NCBI GenBank assembly: GCA_947449315.1
Contig: CANFRC010000009.1
Coordinates: 71,157-135,156 of the forward strand
Length of the DNA: 64,000 nucleotides
From: Bacteroidota bacterium
Lineage (GTDB): Bacteria > Bacteroidota > Bacteroidia > 2-12-FULL-35-15
Reading direction: 5' to 3'
Below are positions 50,833 to 59,908 of this stretch, in pieces; positions within the stretch are counted from its first letter, which is position 1; each line of letters starts with the position of its first letter. The notes below the pieces were generated by a model. The model saw only the letters and a list, made by a program, of their open reading frames with translations, had not been told where the DNA came from and did no database searches. A program made the position numbers and the translations under genes.

Positions 50833-51035
50833 TCGGGAAGTAATTTTTTTGTTTTTGGAGCAGTCAATTTTTGTAAAAAAAAATAAGGCTGTCATGAGTT
50901 TGAACTGAAAAAAGCAGCAGTAAACGGGGGGCAACATGTTTATTTTATTGAAAAAGAGTTTCCAATTAAAAAATCATTGGGATGGCGGGAAAATATATGA
51001 AACATAAAAAATGAAAAAATCATAAAATGTTTACA

Positions 51036-51043
51036 TAAATTTG
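51036..51043 (+). promoter_or_regulatory. TAnnTTTG (-7) promoter element (TAAATTTG) about 30 nt upstream of the island's cysteine desulfurase gene
   Basis: Exact motif in a ~230-nt very AT-rich leader. Confidence 0.3.
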
Positions 51044-51072
51044 TATCTTACAAGAGATAAAAGCAAAAACTA

Positions 51073-52227
51073 GTGAATATATCTAAAGATTTAATTTATC
51101 TTGATAATAATTCGACAACAAAAGTTGATGATAGGGTTATTGATGCAATGATTCCAATCATGACAGAATGCTATGGAAATCCCTCTAGCTCTCACCCATT
51201 TGGAAAAGAAATTCATCAATTAATTATTGAAGCCAGAAAAAACGTTTCAAATCTAATTAGTTGCGAACCTAAAGAAATAATATTCACATCCGGAGCAACT
51301 GAAGCTATTAACTTAGCTTTAAAAGGAATTGCCCAATCCTCTCATTTCAATAGAAAAAAAATAGTAACTTTCTCAACGGAACACAAAGCCGTTTTAGATA
51401 CTTGTAAAATCCTTGAAAACCAAGGATTTGAAATTGTAATCCTTCCTGTAAATAATGATGGTACCGTTGACATAGCTTTATTATCCAATGTTGTCGATCA
51501 AGAAACACTTCTTGTTGCTGCAATGTTCGTAAATAACGAAACTGGAGTTATTCATGATATTAAAAAAATGGCTGAAATTACCCATAATATGGGAGCAATT
51601 TTCTTTTGTGATGGCACACAGGCTGTAGGAAAAATTAAAGTAGACATAAATGAACTCGATGTTGATATGCTATGCTTTTCAGGTCACAAGTTTCACGGAC
51701 CAAAAGGAATTGGAGCATTATATGTAAACAATTCTATAAAAAATAAAATTCAAGCACAACAAACTGGTGGTGGACAGGAATCCGGATTAAGAAGTGGAAC
51801 TTCCAATACTGGAGGAATTGTTGGTTTAGGTGAAGCATGCAAAATAGCTGTAATAGAAATAAAAGAAACTGAAGTCAAAGTCGCAAAGCTAAGAGACCAA
51901 TTAGAGTCTGAACTTTTACAAATTCCAGGGACATTTATTAATGGTAATATAAAAAATCGAATTTATAACACTACTAACATTTGCTTCCCTAAAAATGACG
52001 CAAATGTAATAATAGGAAGATTAAAGAAAATTTCTGTAAGTAATGGTTCTGCATGTACATCTTTAATTGTTGAACCATCACATGTTTTATCTGCGATGGG
52101 TTTAGATAATGATTTGGCCTTTGCCTCCCTTCGCTTCTCATTAAGTAGATACAACAATATAAATGAAGTAAAAAAAGTTGTTAAAGAATTAAGTAATATT
52201 CTGATTCCAAATTTAATTATAAATTAA
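51073..52227 (+). CDS. cysteine desulfurase (class V aminotransferase, IscS/NifS/DndA/SspA-like); GTG start
   Basis: LIYLDNNSTTKVDDRV (IscS N-terminus), PLP-lysine motif FSGHKFHGPKGIGALYV, catalytic Cys loop SNGSACTS. 384 aa. Confidence 0.85.
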   Translation: MNISKDLIYLDNNSTTKVDDRVIDAMIPIMTECYGNPSSSHPFGKEIHQLIIEARKNVSNLISCEPKEIIFTSGATEAINLALKGIAQSSHFNRKKIVTFSTEHKAVLDTCKILENQGFEIVILPVNNDGTVDIALLSNVVDQETLLVAAMFVNNETGVIHDIKKMAEITHNMGAIFFCDGTQAVGKIKVDINELDVDMLCFSGHKFHGPKGIGALYVNNSIKNKIQAQQTGGGQESGLRSGTSNTGGIVGLGEACKIAVIEIKETEVKVAKLRDQLESELLQIPGTFINGNIKNRIYNTTNICFPKNDANVIIGRLKKISVSNGSACTSLIVEPSHVLSAMGLDNDLAFASLRFSLSRYNNINEVKKVVKELSNILIPNLIIN

Positions 52228-52231
52228 AAAA

Positions 52232-52447
52232 ATGGAACAGACTCTAGCAAATACCACAAATTGGCTAAAAAGTAAAGAGGTTGAAAGTAAATTGAAAGTT
52301 TATAATAGTCATTTAATGCATTTAAGACTTGAAAGTAAATTAAGTTATACCAAAAACGGGAATTCATTTTTCTACAAAAAAAGTGATGTTAAGAAAATTA
52401 AAGCTATTTTTAAAAACTCAATAATTTCAAAGAGTAGAAATAAATAG
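52232..52447 (+). CDS. small DNA-binding protein, HTH_17 (excisionase/AlpA/MerR-like) candidate
   Basis: 71 aa. …LKSKEVESKLKVYNSHLMHLRLESKLSYTKNGNSFFYKKSDVKKI fits the helix-turn-helix … wing … F..DV pattern of HTH_17. It starts 4 nt after the desulfurase stop. Confidence 0.35.
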   Translation: MEQTLANTTNWLKSKEVESKLKVYNSHLMHLRLESKLSYTKNGNSFFYKKSDVKKIKAIFKNSIISKSRNK

Positions 52448-52534
52448 AGAAAATGAATTATAAAATTGAGCCTCAAAAAAGGAAAGTTGATCTTTTTAAG
52501 GAGCTTAACAGAGTTTTAGAAGAAATTGAAAATT

Positions 52535-54115
52535 ATGATAAATGATATTAAAGAATTAATTTGTGATTTACCTGATGGAAAAAAAAGAAATTATTTAGGT
52601 CAACTTTTCGTACAGTCGCTGAGTAATTATTACTCCAATTTTGGAGTTGATGAAGAAATTGATTTAGATGAACTTCTTGTTAGAAACATCAAAGAAATTA
52701 TTATTGAGGATGAATTATTGAAAGACTTAAAATTATTCGTTTCAAAAAAATTAGAAGAACTTTTTAATCTAAATTCTAATGATATAAGTGAACTTAGAAT
52801 TAAAGATCTTCGAGCAAAACTGATTTCACATTTTGAAATAAAATTTGAAATCGATCAAACAGCTGATAGAATATATGAGAATAATTTAATCTGTAAATTT
52901 CCACTTCATGATTTTCAAGATCGAATTAGGAGAAAAGTCATAAATTTAATTTTCGATAATCAGAAACGATTTTTGATTCATATGCCGACTGGTTCTGGTA
53001 AAACAAGAACCGCAGCAGAGGTTATTTTAGATTTTATTCGATTATCTTCAAGCAAATCCTTGTTAAATGATAAAATAAAAATTCTATGGATAGCGCAATC
53101 CAGCGAACTTTGTTATCAAGCTTATGAAACAGTAAAACTTATAATAGAAAATAAAGGAACTCAAAATATAAGTTTGGCAAATTATTATGGTAATCAAGAG
53201 TTGCCAAATGATATAGAAAACAAATCAGCTGTAATTTTCTGCGGTATTCAAAAATTACTTTTACATTATACAGATGATATTTGGAGAAATATAAAAAATA
53301 ATACTTATTTAGTTATCGTTGATGAAGCGCATAGATCGGTAGCAAATCAATGGGTACAAGCATTAGATTATTTTGTGTCAGATCAAAGCGTATATTTATT
53401 AGGATTAACTGCGACACCTGGACTGGGTACAGTTAATGAAGATAGAACATTTTTGCTATCTACTTATTACCAAAGTAATAAGATAACAATAACGGATTCA
53501 AATTATGAAGAAATACCAAATCCAATTAATGAGTTAGTAAAATTAAAATTTTTGGCTCAAATAAAACGAATTGATATTGATTCGAAAGTTGTTATTGAAA
53601 ATGGTGTAGACACCTCTGACGAAAATGAAATTAAATTTTCAAATAATACTTTAGATGAATTGACTGCGAATCAACAACGAAATGCTTCAATTATTAATAT
53701 AATAAAAGAAAATCATTTAAAGAAGAAAAAAATGCTGGTTTTCACTTGTGGGTTAGAGCATAATCGTATTTTAAAATCCATATTAACAGATTTGAATATA
53801 GTTTCAGAAACTATTGATCAAAGTACTACAAATAGAAATTCTATAATTGATAGATTTAAAGATAGCAATAGTGGTCTCGATATTTTACTAAATTTTGGCA
53901 TTTTAACTACTGGATTTGACGCTCCTAAAACCGATGTATGTATCATTGCTAGACCTATTTCTTCAATTGTAATGTATTCACAAATGGTTGGAAGAATATT
54001 GCGAGGGCCAAAAAATAATGGAAACGATGAAAATACACTCTACACTATAAAAGACAACCTTGGTCACGGTGACTATGATAATCTATTTAATTCATTTAAT
54101 AATTTTTATAAATAA
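52535..54115 (+). CDS. superfamily-2 DEAD/DEAH-type helicase (restriction Res-subunit-like) with ~130-aa N-terminal domain of unknown function. The ORF is open from TTG 52526.
   Basis: Motif I HMPTGSGKTRTAA, motif II LVIVDEAHRS, motif III LGLTATPG, motif VI YSQMVGRILRG. Confidence 0.8.
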   Translation: MINDIKELICDLPDGKKRNYLGQLFVQSLSNYYSNFGVDEEIDLDELLVRNIKEIIIEDELLKDLKLFVSKKLEELFNLNSNDISELRIKDLRAKLISHFEIKFEIDQTADRIYENNLICKFPLHDFQDRIRRKVINLIFDNQKRFLIHMPTGSGKTRTAAEVILDFIRLSSSKSLLNDKIKILWIAQSSELCYQAYETVKLIIENKGTQNISLANYYGNQELPNDIENKSAVIFCGIQKLLLHYTDDIWRNIKNNTYLVIVDEAHRSVANQWVQALDYFVSDQSVYLLGLTATPGLGTVNEDRTFLLSTYYQSNKITITDSNYEEIPNPINELVKLKFLAQIKRIDIDSKVVIENGVDTSDENEIKFSNNTLDELTANQQRNASIINIIKENHLKKKKMLVFTCGLEHNRILKSILTDLNIVSETIDQSTTNRNSIIDRFKDSNSGLDILLNFGILTTGFDAPKTDVCIIARPISSIVMYSQMVGRILRGPKNNGNDENTLYTIKDNLGHGDYDNLFNSFNNFYK

Positions 54116-54121
54116 TCAACT

Positions 54122-55918
54122 ATGAGTAATAAAAGACCACTAATGGGTACAGATAATATCCTTGGGTTACAAGATAACGGATATAAAAGTACTGTTTCTG
54201 CTATTTCTGAAATAATTGATAATAGTATTCAAGCACATGCAACAAATGTTGACATTGTTATTATTAGAAATACTACTCGAGAATCGGATGAAATTGACGA
54301 AATTATGATAATTGATGACGGAGATGGAATGGATCAAAATATTTTTGACAAGGCTCTTCAAATGAGCTCAGGAAGTAGATCAAAAGCAAAATCAGGCTTA
54401 GGTAAATATGGCCAAGGCTTACCTAATTCATCTATTTCTCAAACAAAAAGAGTCGAAGTTTATACCATGCAAAAGGGGAAAATACTTTATAATCATATTG
54501 ATTTAAATGAAATTTACGAAAGTCAACAACCCTATTTACCAGATACCGAAAAAAGAAATGAAATTGATATTCCTATTTTCAAATCTAAAAAATTAAAAGC
54601 ACCTGAAACTGGTACAATAGTAAGATGGGTTAATCCTAATAAAGTAAAACCTAAAACTGCTAGAACATTAGCAACACATATTGAACAAATAGCTGGTCGA
54701 ACATTCAGATATTTTATTAATGGCTTTAAAGACAATGATGGAAAGATTTATAAATGTAATATAAACATTTTAGTCTTTGATTTTAATGGTAAAAATTATG
54801 AACCTGATAATTTTATTACAAAGAAAAATATTCTACCATTTGACCCTATGTTTCTTATGCCAGCAACGCAAATGAATAAATTGTTTCCAGAGAGCAGTCA
54901 TCCAACTAGTAGTATATTTGATGAAAAAATCAAGAAAGAATTTAAAGTTATATACAATAATGAAAAAGTAAAAACAATTGTTGAAATTAAATTATCCTAT
55001 TGCAATAAAAAAGAACGTGATAGATATGGACGAAATGCCGGTGGTGAACCTTTTGGAAAAAAGTACTTGAATAGAAATTTGATTGGTACATCTGGATACA
55101 ATAATATTTCAATAATTCGCGCCGGAAGAGAAATTGATTACGGAAGTTTTGGTTTTATTTTAGATGCTTCTGAATCAACAAATAGATGGTGGTCTGCTGA
55201 AATTTTAGTTGAGCCAGTTATAGATTCTATTATTGGTATCGATAATAAAAAACAACAAGCTTCACAAATTCAATTTGTCGACAATCAGACATCTGAGGAT
55301 TATGACCATCATGAAATTATTCGATGGATTTCTACATTTCTTACGCAAAACATTAAAAGTGTTAAGACAATTATCGAATTGCAAAATGCGTCCTCTAATG
55401 GTACAACTGCTAAGGGGAAAGGAAAAGGACCAAAACTTCCTCCCGGGGGAGGAACTGAGCCAGGAAACTCAGGAAATCCAGGCGCTAATCCTGACGATGA
55501 TGAAATGAAAAAAGTTAAGAAGGAATTATTTGAATGGATAAAAGAAAGATACCCAAAACTGAAAGATGATGAAATATGGGAAATCGTAGATTACGCATTC
55601 AGTATAAAGGATTGTCATATTTTTATTAAATCAGATTTAGGAGATACACAGCTATACAGTTATAAGGTTTTTGGCACTAAAGTTTTGATAGAAATTAATT
55701 ATACTCATAGTTTTTATAAAAGATTTATTCAAGGGTTTGAAGAAGACCCAAGTCAAGAAAAATCATTACGTTCAATCAGATTATTGATAGGTGCCATGGT
55801 TAATGCAGAAATTGTGAATGGTACTGATGAAAAAGAAATACTTAAAGATAGACGGAATATTAAAAATAGGATGTCAGAATGTTTAGAGGATTATATCGAG
55901 GATTTATACGCAAGTTAA
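54122..55918 (+). CDS. GHKL-superfamily ATPase (HATPase_c; prokaryotic MORC / MutL-like) with long C-terminal extension
   Basis: Bergerat-fold boxes: N box EIIDNSIQAHA, G1 box IIDDGDGMD, G2 box GKYGQGL. 598 aa. It starts 7 nt after the helicase stop. Confidence 0.8.
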   Translation: MSNKRPLMGTDNILGLQDNGYKSTVSAISEIIDNSIQAHATNVDIVIIRNTTRESDEIDEIMIIDDGDGMDQNIFDKALQMSSGSRSKAKSGLGKYGQGLPNSSISQTKRVEVYTMQKGKILYNHIDLNEIYESQQPYLPDTEKRNEIDIPIFKSKKLKAPETGTIVRWVNPNKVKPKTARTLATHIEQIAGRTFRYFINGFKDNDGKIYKCNINILVFDFNGKNYEPDNFITKKNILPFDPMFLMPATQMNKLFPESSHPTSSIFDEKIKKEFKVIYNNEKVKTIVEIKLSYCNKKERDRYGRNAGGEPFGKKYLNRNLIGTSGYNNISIIRAGREIDYGSFGFILDASESTNRWWSAEILVEPVIDSIIGIDNKKQQASQIQFVDNQTSEDYDHHEIIRWISTFLTQNIKSVKTIIELQNASSNGTTAKGKGKGPKLPPGGGTEPGNSGNPGANPDDDEMKKVKKELFEWIKERYPKLKDDEIWEIVDYAFSIKDCHIFIKSDLGDTQLYSYKVFGTKVLIEINYTHSFYKRFIQGFEEDPSQEKSLRSIRLLIGAMVNAEIVNGTDEKEILKDRRNIKNRMSECLEDYIEDLYAS

Positions 55919-56220
55919 ATTAACTAATTAATATGATTTTCAAATCTGATTTGGCTTTTGATATTAAAAAAAAGTAAGAGCAGTAATTATTTAACTAACT
56001 TAAAAATCTTGCAGTAGAATATTATAATTTTATTTTGTAAAAATTATTTGGATTAATTCACGAATAAAAAATGTAATACTTATTAGATAACTGCTTTAAT
56101 TTATTAAAAACTGTATTTTCAGCAATTTCATCTTTTATTTCCTTTAGGAAACACTAGAGATAAATCATTTCTCACTATATATAGTGTAAAGTTATTATTA
56201 TTCACTAATGTTTTACAATT

Positions 56221-57183
56221 ATGCTATATAGAAGTGGAGAAAATTTAGAACATGGCGCAATTAATTTCGTAAATAATTGCGAAACAGTAACATTATATTC
56301 AGCATATCTTAAATTGGATGAATTAAAGAAAATAAATGAACATAAAAAAATAAAGCAAATTATTGTCAGATGGGAAATTGAAGATCTTTGTAGAAAAATT
56401 TCAGATATCGAACTATTTCTATACTGCAAAGAAAATAGTATTGTATTATACCGAAATACTCGCATTCACTTAAAAGCCTTTTGGGATAATAAATCAGATG
56501 TGTTTTTTGGTTCTGCAAATGTTACCAACAAAGGCCTTGGCGAAAACGGGAACTTCAATTTTGAATTAAATGGCGCATTAAAGGGAATAAGTTTTGCTGA
56601 CCAAACTTATTTCAATAAATTAATATTAGACAGCGAATATGTTACAGACGACCTTTATAATAAGTTATTGGACTTAATTGAAAGTGTTGTTTTGCCAACA
56701 TTTGATTTCCCAAAACTTCCAACTCCTCCACCAACAGTAGAATATTTTTTAATTAATCAGCTTCCAATGACAACGAGTCCTGAATTACTTTTTGAAATCT
56801 ATAGTGGACAGATGAAAAATGAAATAGAAATGAATTGTGCAGCACATGACTTAGAGTTGTATCGCATACCAAAAGGACTAACTAAAACTGTTTTTTTTGA
56901 CCAATTAAAACAAACATTCAACAATCATCCTTTTATATTGGAATTTAAAGTTACAATTAAAAATTCTGTCGATGAATTAAACCGAACTGATAGGAATGGA
57001 AGTATGACTTTTGGATCTGTTAAACGATGGTTTCAAGATAAAACTACTACTGTTCCCACACCCCGCTCATTTGAATTGAATGATTATGTAAATATATTAT
57101 ACGATTGGATCTGCCATTTCGATAATTGTTACAGCCATTCCATTCCAGGAGGGTACTCTCAGGTAATTAAGTATATTTGCTAA
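56221..57183 (+). CDS. phospholipase D-family nuclease, single HKD motif (Nuc/BfiI-like)
   Basis: HLKAFWDNKSDVFFGSANVTNKG matches HxK(x)3-4D(x)6GSxN. Only one copy is present, implying dimeric use as in Nuc. The C-terminal ~150 aa are unassigned. Confidence 0.65.
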   Translation: MLYRSGENLEHGAINFVNNCETVTLYSAYLKLDELKKINEHKKIKQIIVRWEIEDLCRKISDIELFLYCKENSIVLYRNTRIHLKAFWDNKSDVFFGSANVTNKGLGENGNFNFELNGALKGISFADQTYFNKLILDSEYVTDDLYNKLLDLIESVVLPTFDFPKLPTPPPTVEYFLINQLPMTTSPELLFEIYSGQMKNEIEMNCAAHDLELYRIPKGLTKTVFFDQLKQTFNNHPFILEFKVTIKNSVDELNRTDRNGSMTFGSVKRWFQDKTTTVPTPRSFELNDYVNILYDWICHFDNCYSHSIPGGYSQVIKYIC

Positions 57184-57262
57184 TGAAAATTTAGTATAAT
57201 AAATCAAAATGAACCTAATATAGTTACAAAATTGCGATTTACAAATATTTAAAAACATCAAC

Positions 57263-58837
57263 ATGAAAATTGAAGCTTTAAAAAATCAAATTGTTTCAGG
57301 AGGTAGAACATATCCGATATTCATTGCTTTTATAGAAGCGGAGTTAGTATTAAAATACTCTGTTGTTCCAAATTTTAGTAATGATGATCATGAAGAGGCA
57401 ATTGCGGTGAATATAAAAAGTAAACCTGTAAAAAAATGGCAGCGCCCTCTAATTCAATCGAAAGTTGATGAACTGATTAAAACGTTTAATAATACTGGGG
57501 AATTCATGCCAAATCCTGTTCTGTTATCAGAAAATCCACTGCGAACAAGTAAATCACAAGAAAAAATTAAGGCCTACCCTAAAATTATCGGAGGGCAAAC
57601 TAGTTCTGTTTGGGAAATAAGTTTACCTGAAGAAAAAGAGGTCTTGTGGATTATTGACGGACAGCACAGAATTACAGGTTTAGGAGATGTTGATTGTAAA
57701 CAAAATTCAAATATTGTTCCGGTAGTGCTTTTATTAAACCCTGATACTGTTTTCTATACCCCCCCTGACTTTGCAAAAATATTTGCGCAAGTTTCAACGA
57801 CAGCTTCAGAATTAAGACCACTTCATAAAGAATGGTTGCAGTATTCTTTTGAACTGGCAAAATACGAAGGGAAGCAGTGGCAGGATTCAATGTCTACTGT
57901 GGTTGAGCTATGTGCCCACACAGAATTTATAGACCGAGGCACCACCTACCCTAATCCATATTGGGACAAAATTGTTTTTAACGATGCCAATTTAGAGAAT
58001 AATATGCGTCTAAATTGTCAAGTATTCGCAGAAATAATTCACTCAGAATATTATAATAGAAAACCAGAATACAATCATTTTGCTCCGACTGAACTAGCTG
58101 TTCTTGTTGAAAAAGCGTTCTTTCAGCTTCGTCACACAATACCAAATCCTGACCTTTCGGTGTTTTTTGGAAGCGAATCTACGATTCGTCACGTTGTTTC
58201 AATTAAGGCATATATCAGAGGCATATTAACCTATATCCTAAAATATTGCGACCCTCAAGATTCAAGCAAAACACCTGATTTGAATGCATGGAAAAATGTA
58301 TATGAAACTTTATATTTTAACAAAACTGATTTTAATTGGGCTTTACATTCTATGACTGGTGAAGCGTGGTATTCAAAGTCGGAAATTTTGGCGAATGTCG
58401 TATTTAAAGAAGCTTTTAGATCTTTGACAATCCCTGATGGTGCCGTAGATTTAACTCATTGTATTTGTCTTGGAAATAATCAATTTATAGAACTGGAATT
58501 AACAAACAATGTAGGAGTTTCTACCACAAAAAAAATCACGAGTAACACAACAGTTATAAATGACCCGGGGAATATTTCAAATATAAAAATTGTAAACAAA
58601 TCATTTAATTGCGAATTAATCAGTATCGTTGACCAAAAAACTACCCATAATTATCCTCAAAAGTTCAATATGGATTATGCGCGAAAAAATAAAGGAAAAG
58701 GAATAGATGTTCCTTTTACAAAGCCTGCAACAAAAAGTAAACCCGCATACGATACAACAAAAAACTTCAATCTTGAAGTCAAAATAACACGCTATGGCGG
58801 GGGGACTGATACAATGGTAATTAAATTTCACATTTAA
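57263..58837 (+). CDS. DGQHR-domain protein (DndB-like family), 524 aa
   Basis: Diagnostic motif VLWIIDGQHRITGL. Upstream QRPLIQSKVDEL is the DndB-type region. It is ~150 aa longer than canonical DndB, with an extra C-terminal region. Confidence 0.8.
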   Translation: MKIEALKNQIVSGGRTYPIFIAFIEAELVLKYSVVPNFSNDDHEEAIAVNIKSKPVKKWQRPLIQSKVDELIKTFNNTGEFMPNPVLLSENPLRTSKSQEKIKAYPKIIGGQTSSVWEISLPEEKEVLWIIDGQHRITGLGDVDCKQNSNIVPVVLLLNPDTVFYTPPDFAKIFAQVSTTASELRPLHKEWLQYSFELAKYEGKQWQDSMSTVVELCAHTEFIDRGTTYPNPYWDKIVFNDANLENNMRLNCQVFAEIIHSEYYNRKPEYNHFAPTELAVLVEKAFFQLRHTIPNPDLSVFFGSESTIRHVVSIKAYIRGILTYILKYCDPQDSSKTPDLNAWKNVYETLYFNKTDFNWALHSMTGEAWYSKSEILANVVFKEAFRSLTIPDGAVDLTHCICLGNNQFIELELTNNVGVSTTKKITSNTTVINDPGNISNIKIVNKSFNCELISIVDQKTTHNYPQKFNMDYARKNKGKGIDVPFTKPATKSKPAYDTTKNFNLEVKITRYGGGTDTMVIKFHI

Positions 58838-58838
58838 A

Positions 58839-59381
58839 ATGATTTTTACTGAATTAAATAATTTCAGAATCGAAATTTCTAAAAAATACGTAAATCATCT
58901 TTCTGTGTCATTTATTGTTGGATGGGAAAAATGTAGAAAATCATTAGAAACCGAAAAAGATACATATGAATTAATTTTAAAAAAATTAGCACTACTGCAT
59001 CCCGAACACTACTACTTAATTTTAAAAACTGAAACCAGTAGGATTAATAGCAAAATTGAACTAATTCAAGGAAATAGATCCTTTCCGCAGATTGATGACA
59101 CCGAAAAATGTCAATCTGAAGAACTTTGGGGGTATATTTGTCCTTTTACAATAGAAAACAAGGTTCAAGATCATGAATTTCCATACTCCTTAGGAGGCCC
59201 TACAAATAAGGCATTTAATAGAAGAATACTTTGCAGATGGCATAATATGATAAAAGCTAACGACATCCATAATTATCCCTGGGAAAAACTATTTAATCAA
59301 TATGAATATTATATAAAAACCAACAGGGTGCACTGGGTTGATGAACAATTAAATAAAATCATAAAAGAATTCAATTTGTAA
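58839..59381 (+). CDS. HNH endonuclease
   Basis: CPFTIENKVQDHEFPYSLGGPTNKAFNRRILCRWHNMIK: Cys…D-H…N…C..H-N pattern of the HNH beta-beta-alpha-Me finger. The start is 2 nt after the DGQHR gene stop, so the two are translationally coupled. Confidence 0.6.
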   Translation: MIFTELNNFRIEISKKYVNHLSVSFIVGWEKCRKSLETEKDTYELILKKLALLHPEHYYLILKTETSRINSKIELIQGNRSFPQIDDTEKCQSEELWGYICPFTIENKVQDHEFPYSLGGPTNKAFNRRILCRWHNMIKANDIHNYPWEKLFNQYEYYIKTNRVHWVDEQLNKIIKEFNL

Positions 59382-59651
59382 ATAAGTAGAAATTAAAAAA
59401 TTCTACAAAGAACTCAACAATTTTTCTAGTTCATTTTTTAACTCTTTTTCCTTTTTTCTTATTGAAACATCTATTTCAATAGGGAAAGTATGGCTCATGT
59501 ACTTTTCAATGTCTCCAATTAAGCTACCTTGAATACCATTTCTCATCTTTTTTAAAAATTGAATTCAATCTTCTAAATTATTAAAAATAATCGAAGAGGA
59601 ATGTCTTACAATCTCAAAAAAAATTTAAAAACAGGATCAAAATCGGATTTT

Positions 59652-59908
59652 TCATCCACTAAAATATTTTTTTCCAAGCGCAGCAGCAAAGCCAACTTCA
59701 AGAGTTAAACCATAACCTGAAGGATTATCCTTTTGCAATCCCAAAGAGTATATTCAATTGGAGAAAGTAATTCGTGCTCTCTTGGATTAAAAAAAACAAC
59801 ATTACTTTTACCGACATTTTTAATAACTAGAGATTGCCAATCTATGATATTCATCCCACCTGAAAGAAATATTTTAGAGTCCATCATTTTGTGTATTAAA
59901 TAAAACAA
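59652..59908 (-). pseudogene. nucleoside 2-deoxyribosyltransferase-like small gene interrupted by a +1 frameshift near 59740-59755
   Basis: Frame A (59908-59705) encodes MMDSKIFLSGGMNIIDWQ…NVVFFNPREHE (N-terminal KI(Y/F)L(A/S)G(P/G) motif). Frame B (59753-59652) encodes …SGYGLTLEVGFAAALGKKYFSG*, the D/G..(T)..E.G.A.A.GK C-terminal signature of PF05014-like proteins. The frames overlap and differ by one nucleotide. Confidence 0.35.

Noticed and set aside
52453-52545. 30-codon ORF (MNYKIEPQKRKVDLFKELNRVLEEIENYDK) overlapping the helicase start
   Set aside because: Too short, no motif. It overlaps the helicase gene's start region in another frame.
59410-59553. 47-codon minus-strand ORF (MRNGIQGSLIGDIEKYMSHTFPIEIDVSIRKKEKELKNELEKLLSSL) downstream of the frameshifted gene
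   Set aside because: Below a credible size threshold and without a recognisable motif. It may be a gene remnant, so it is not called.
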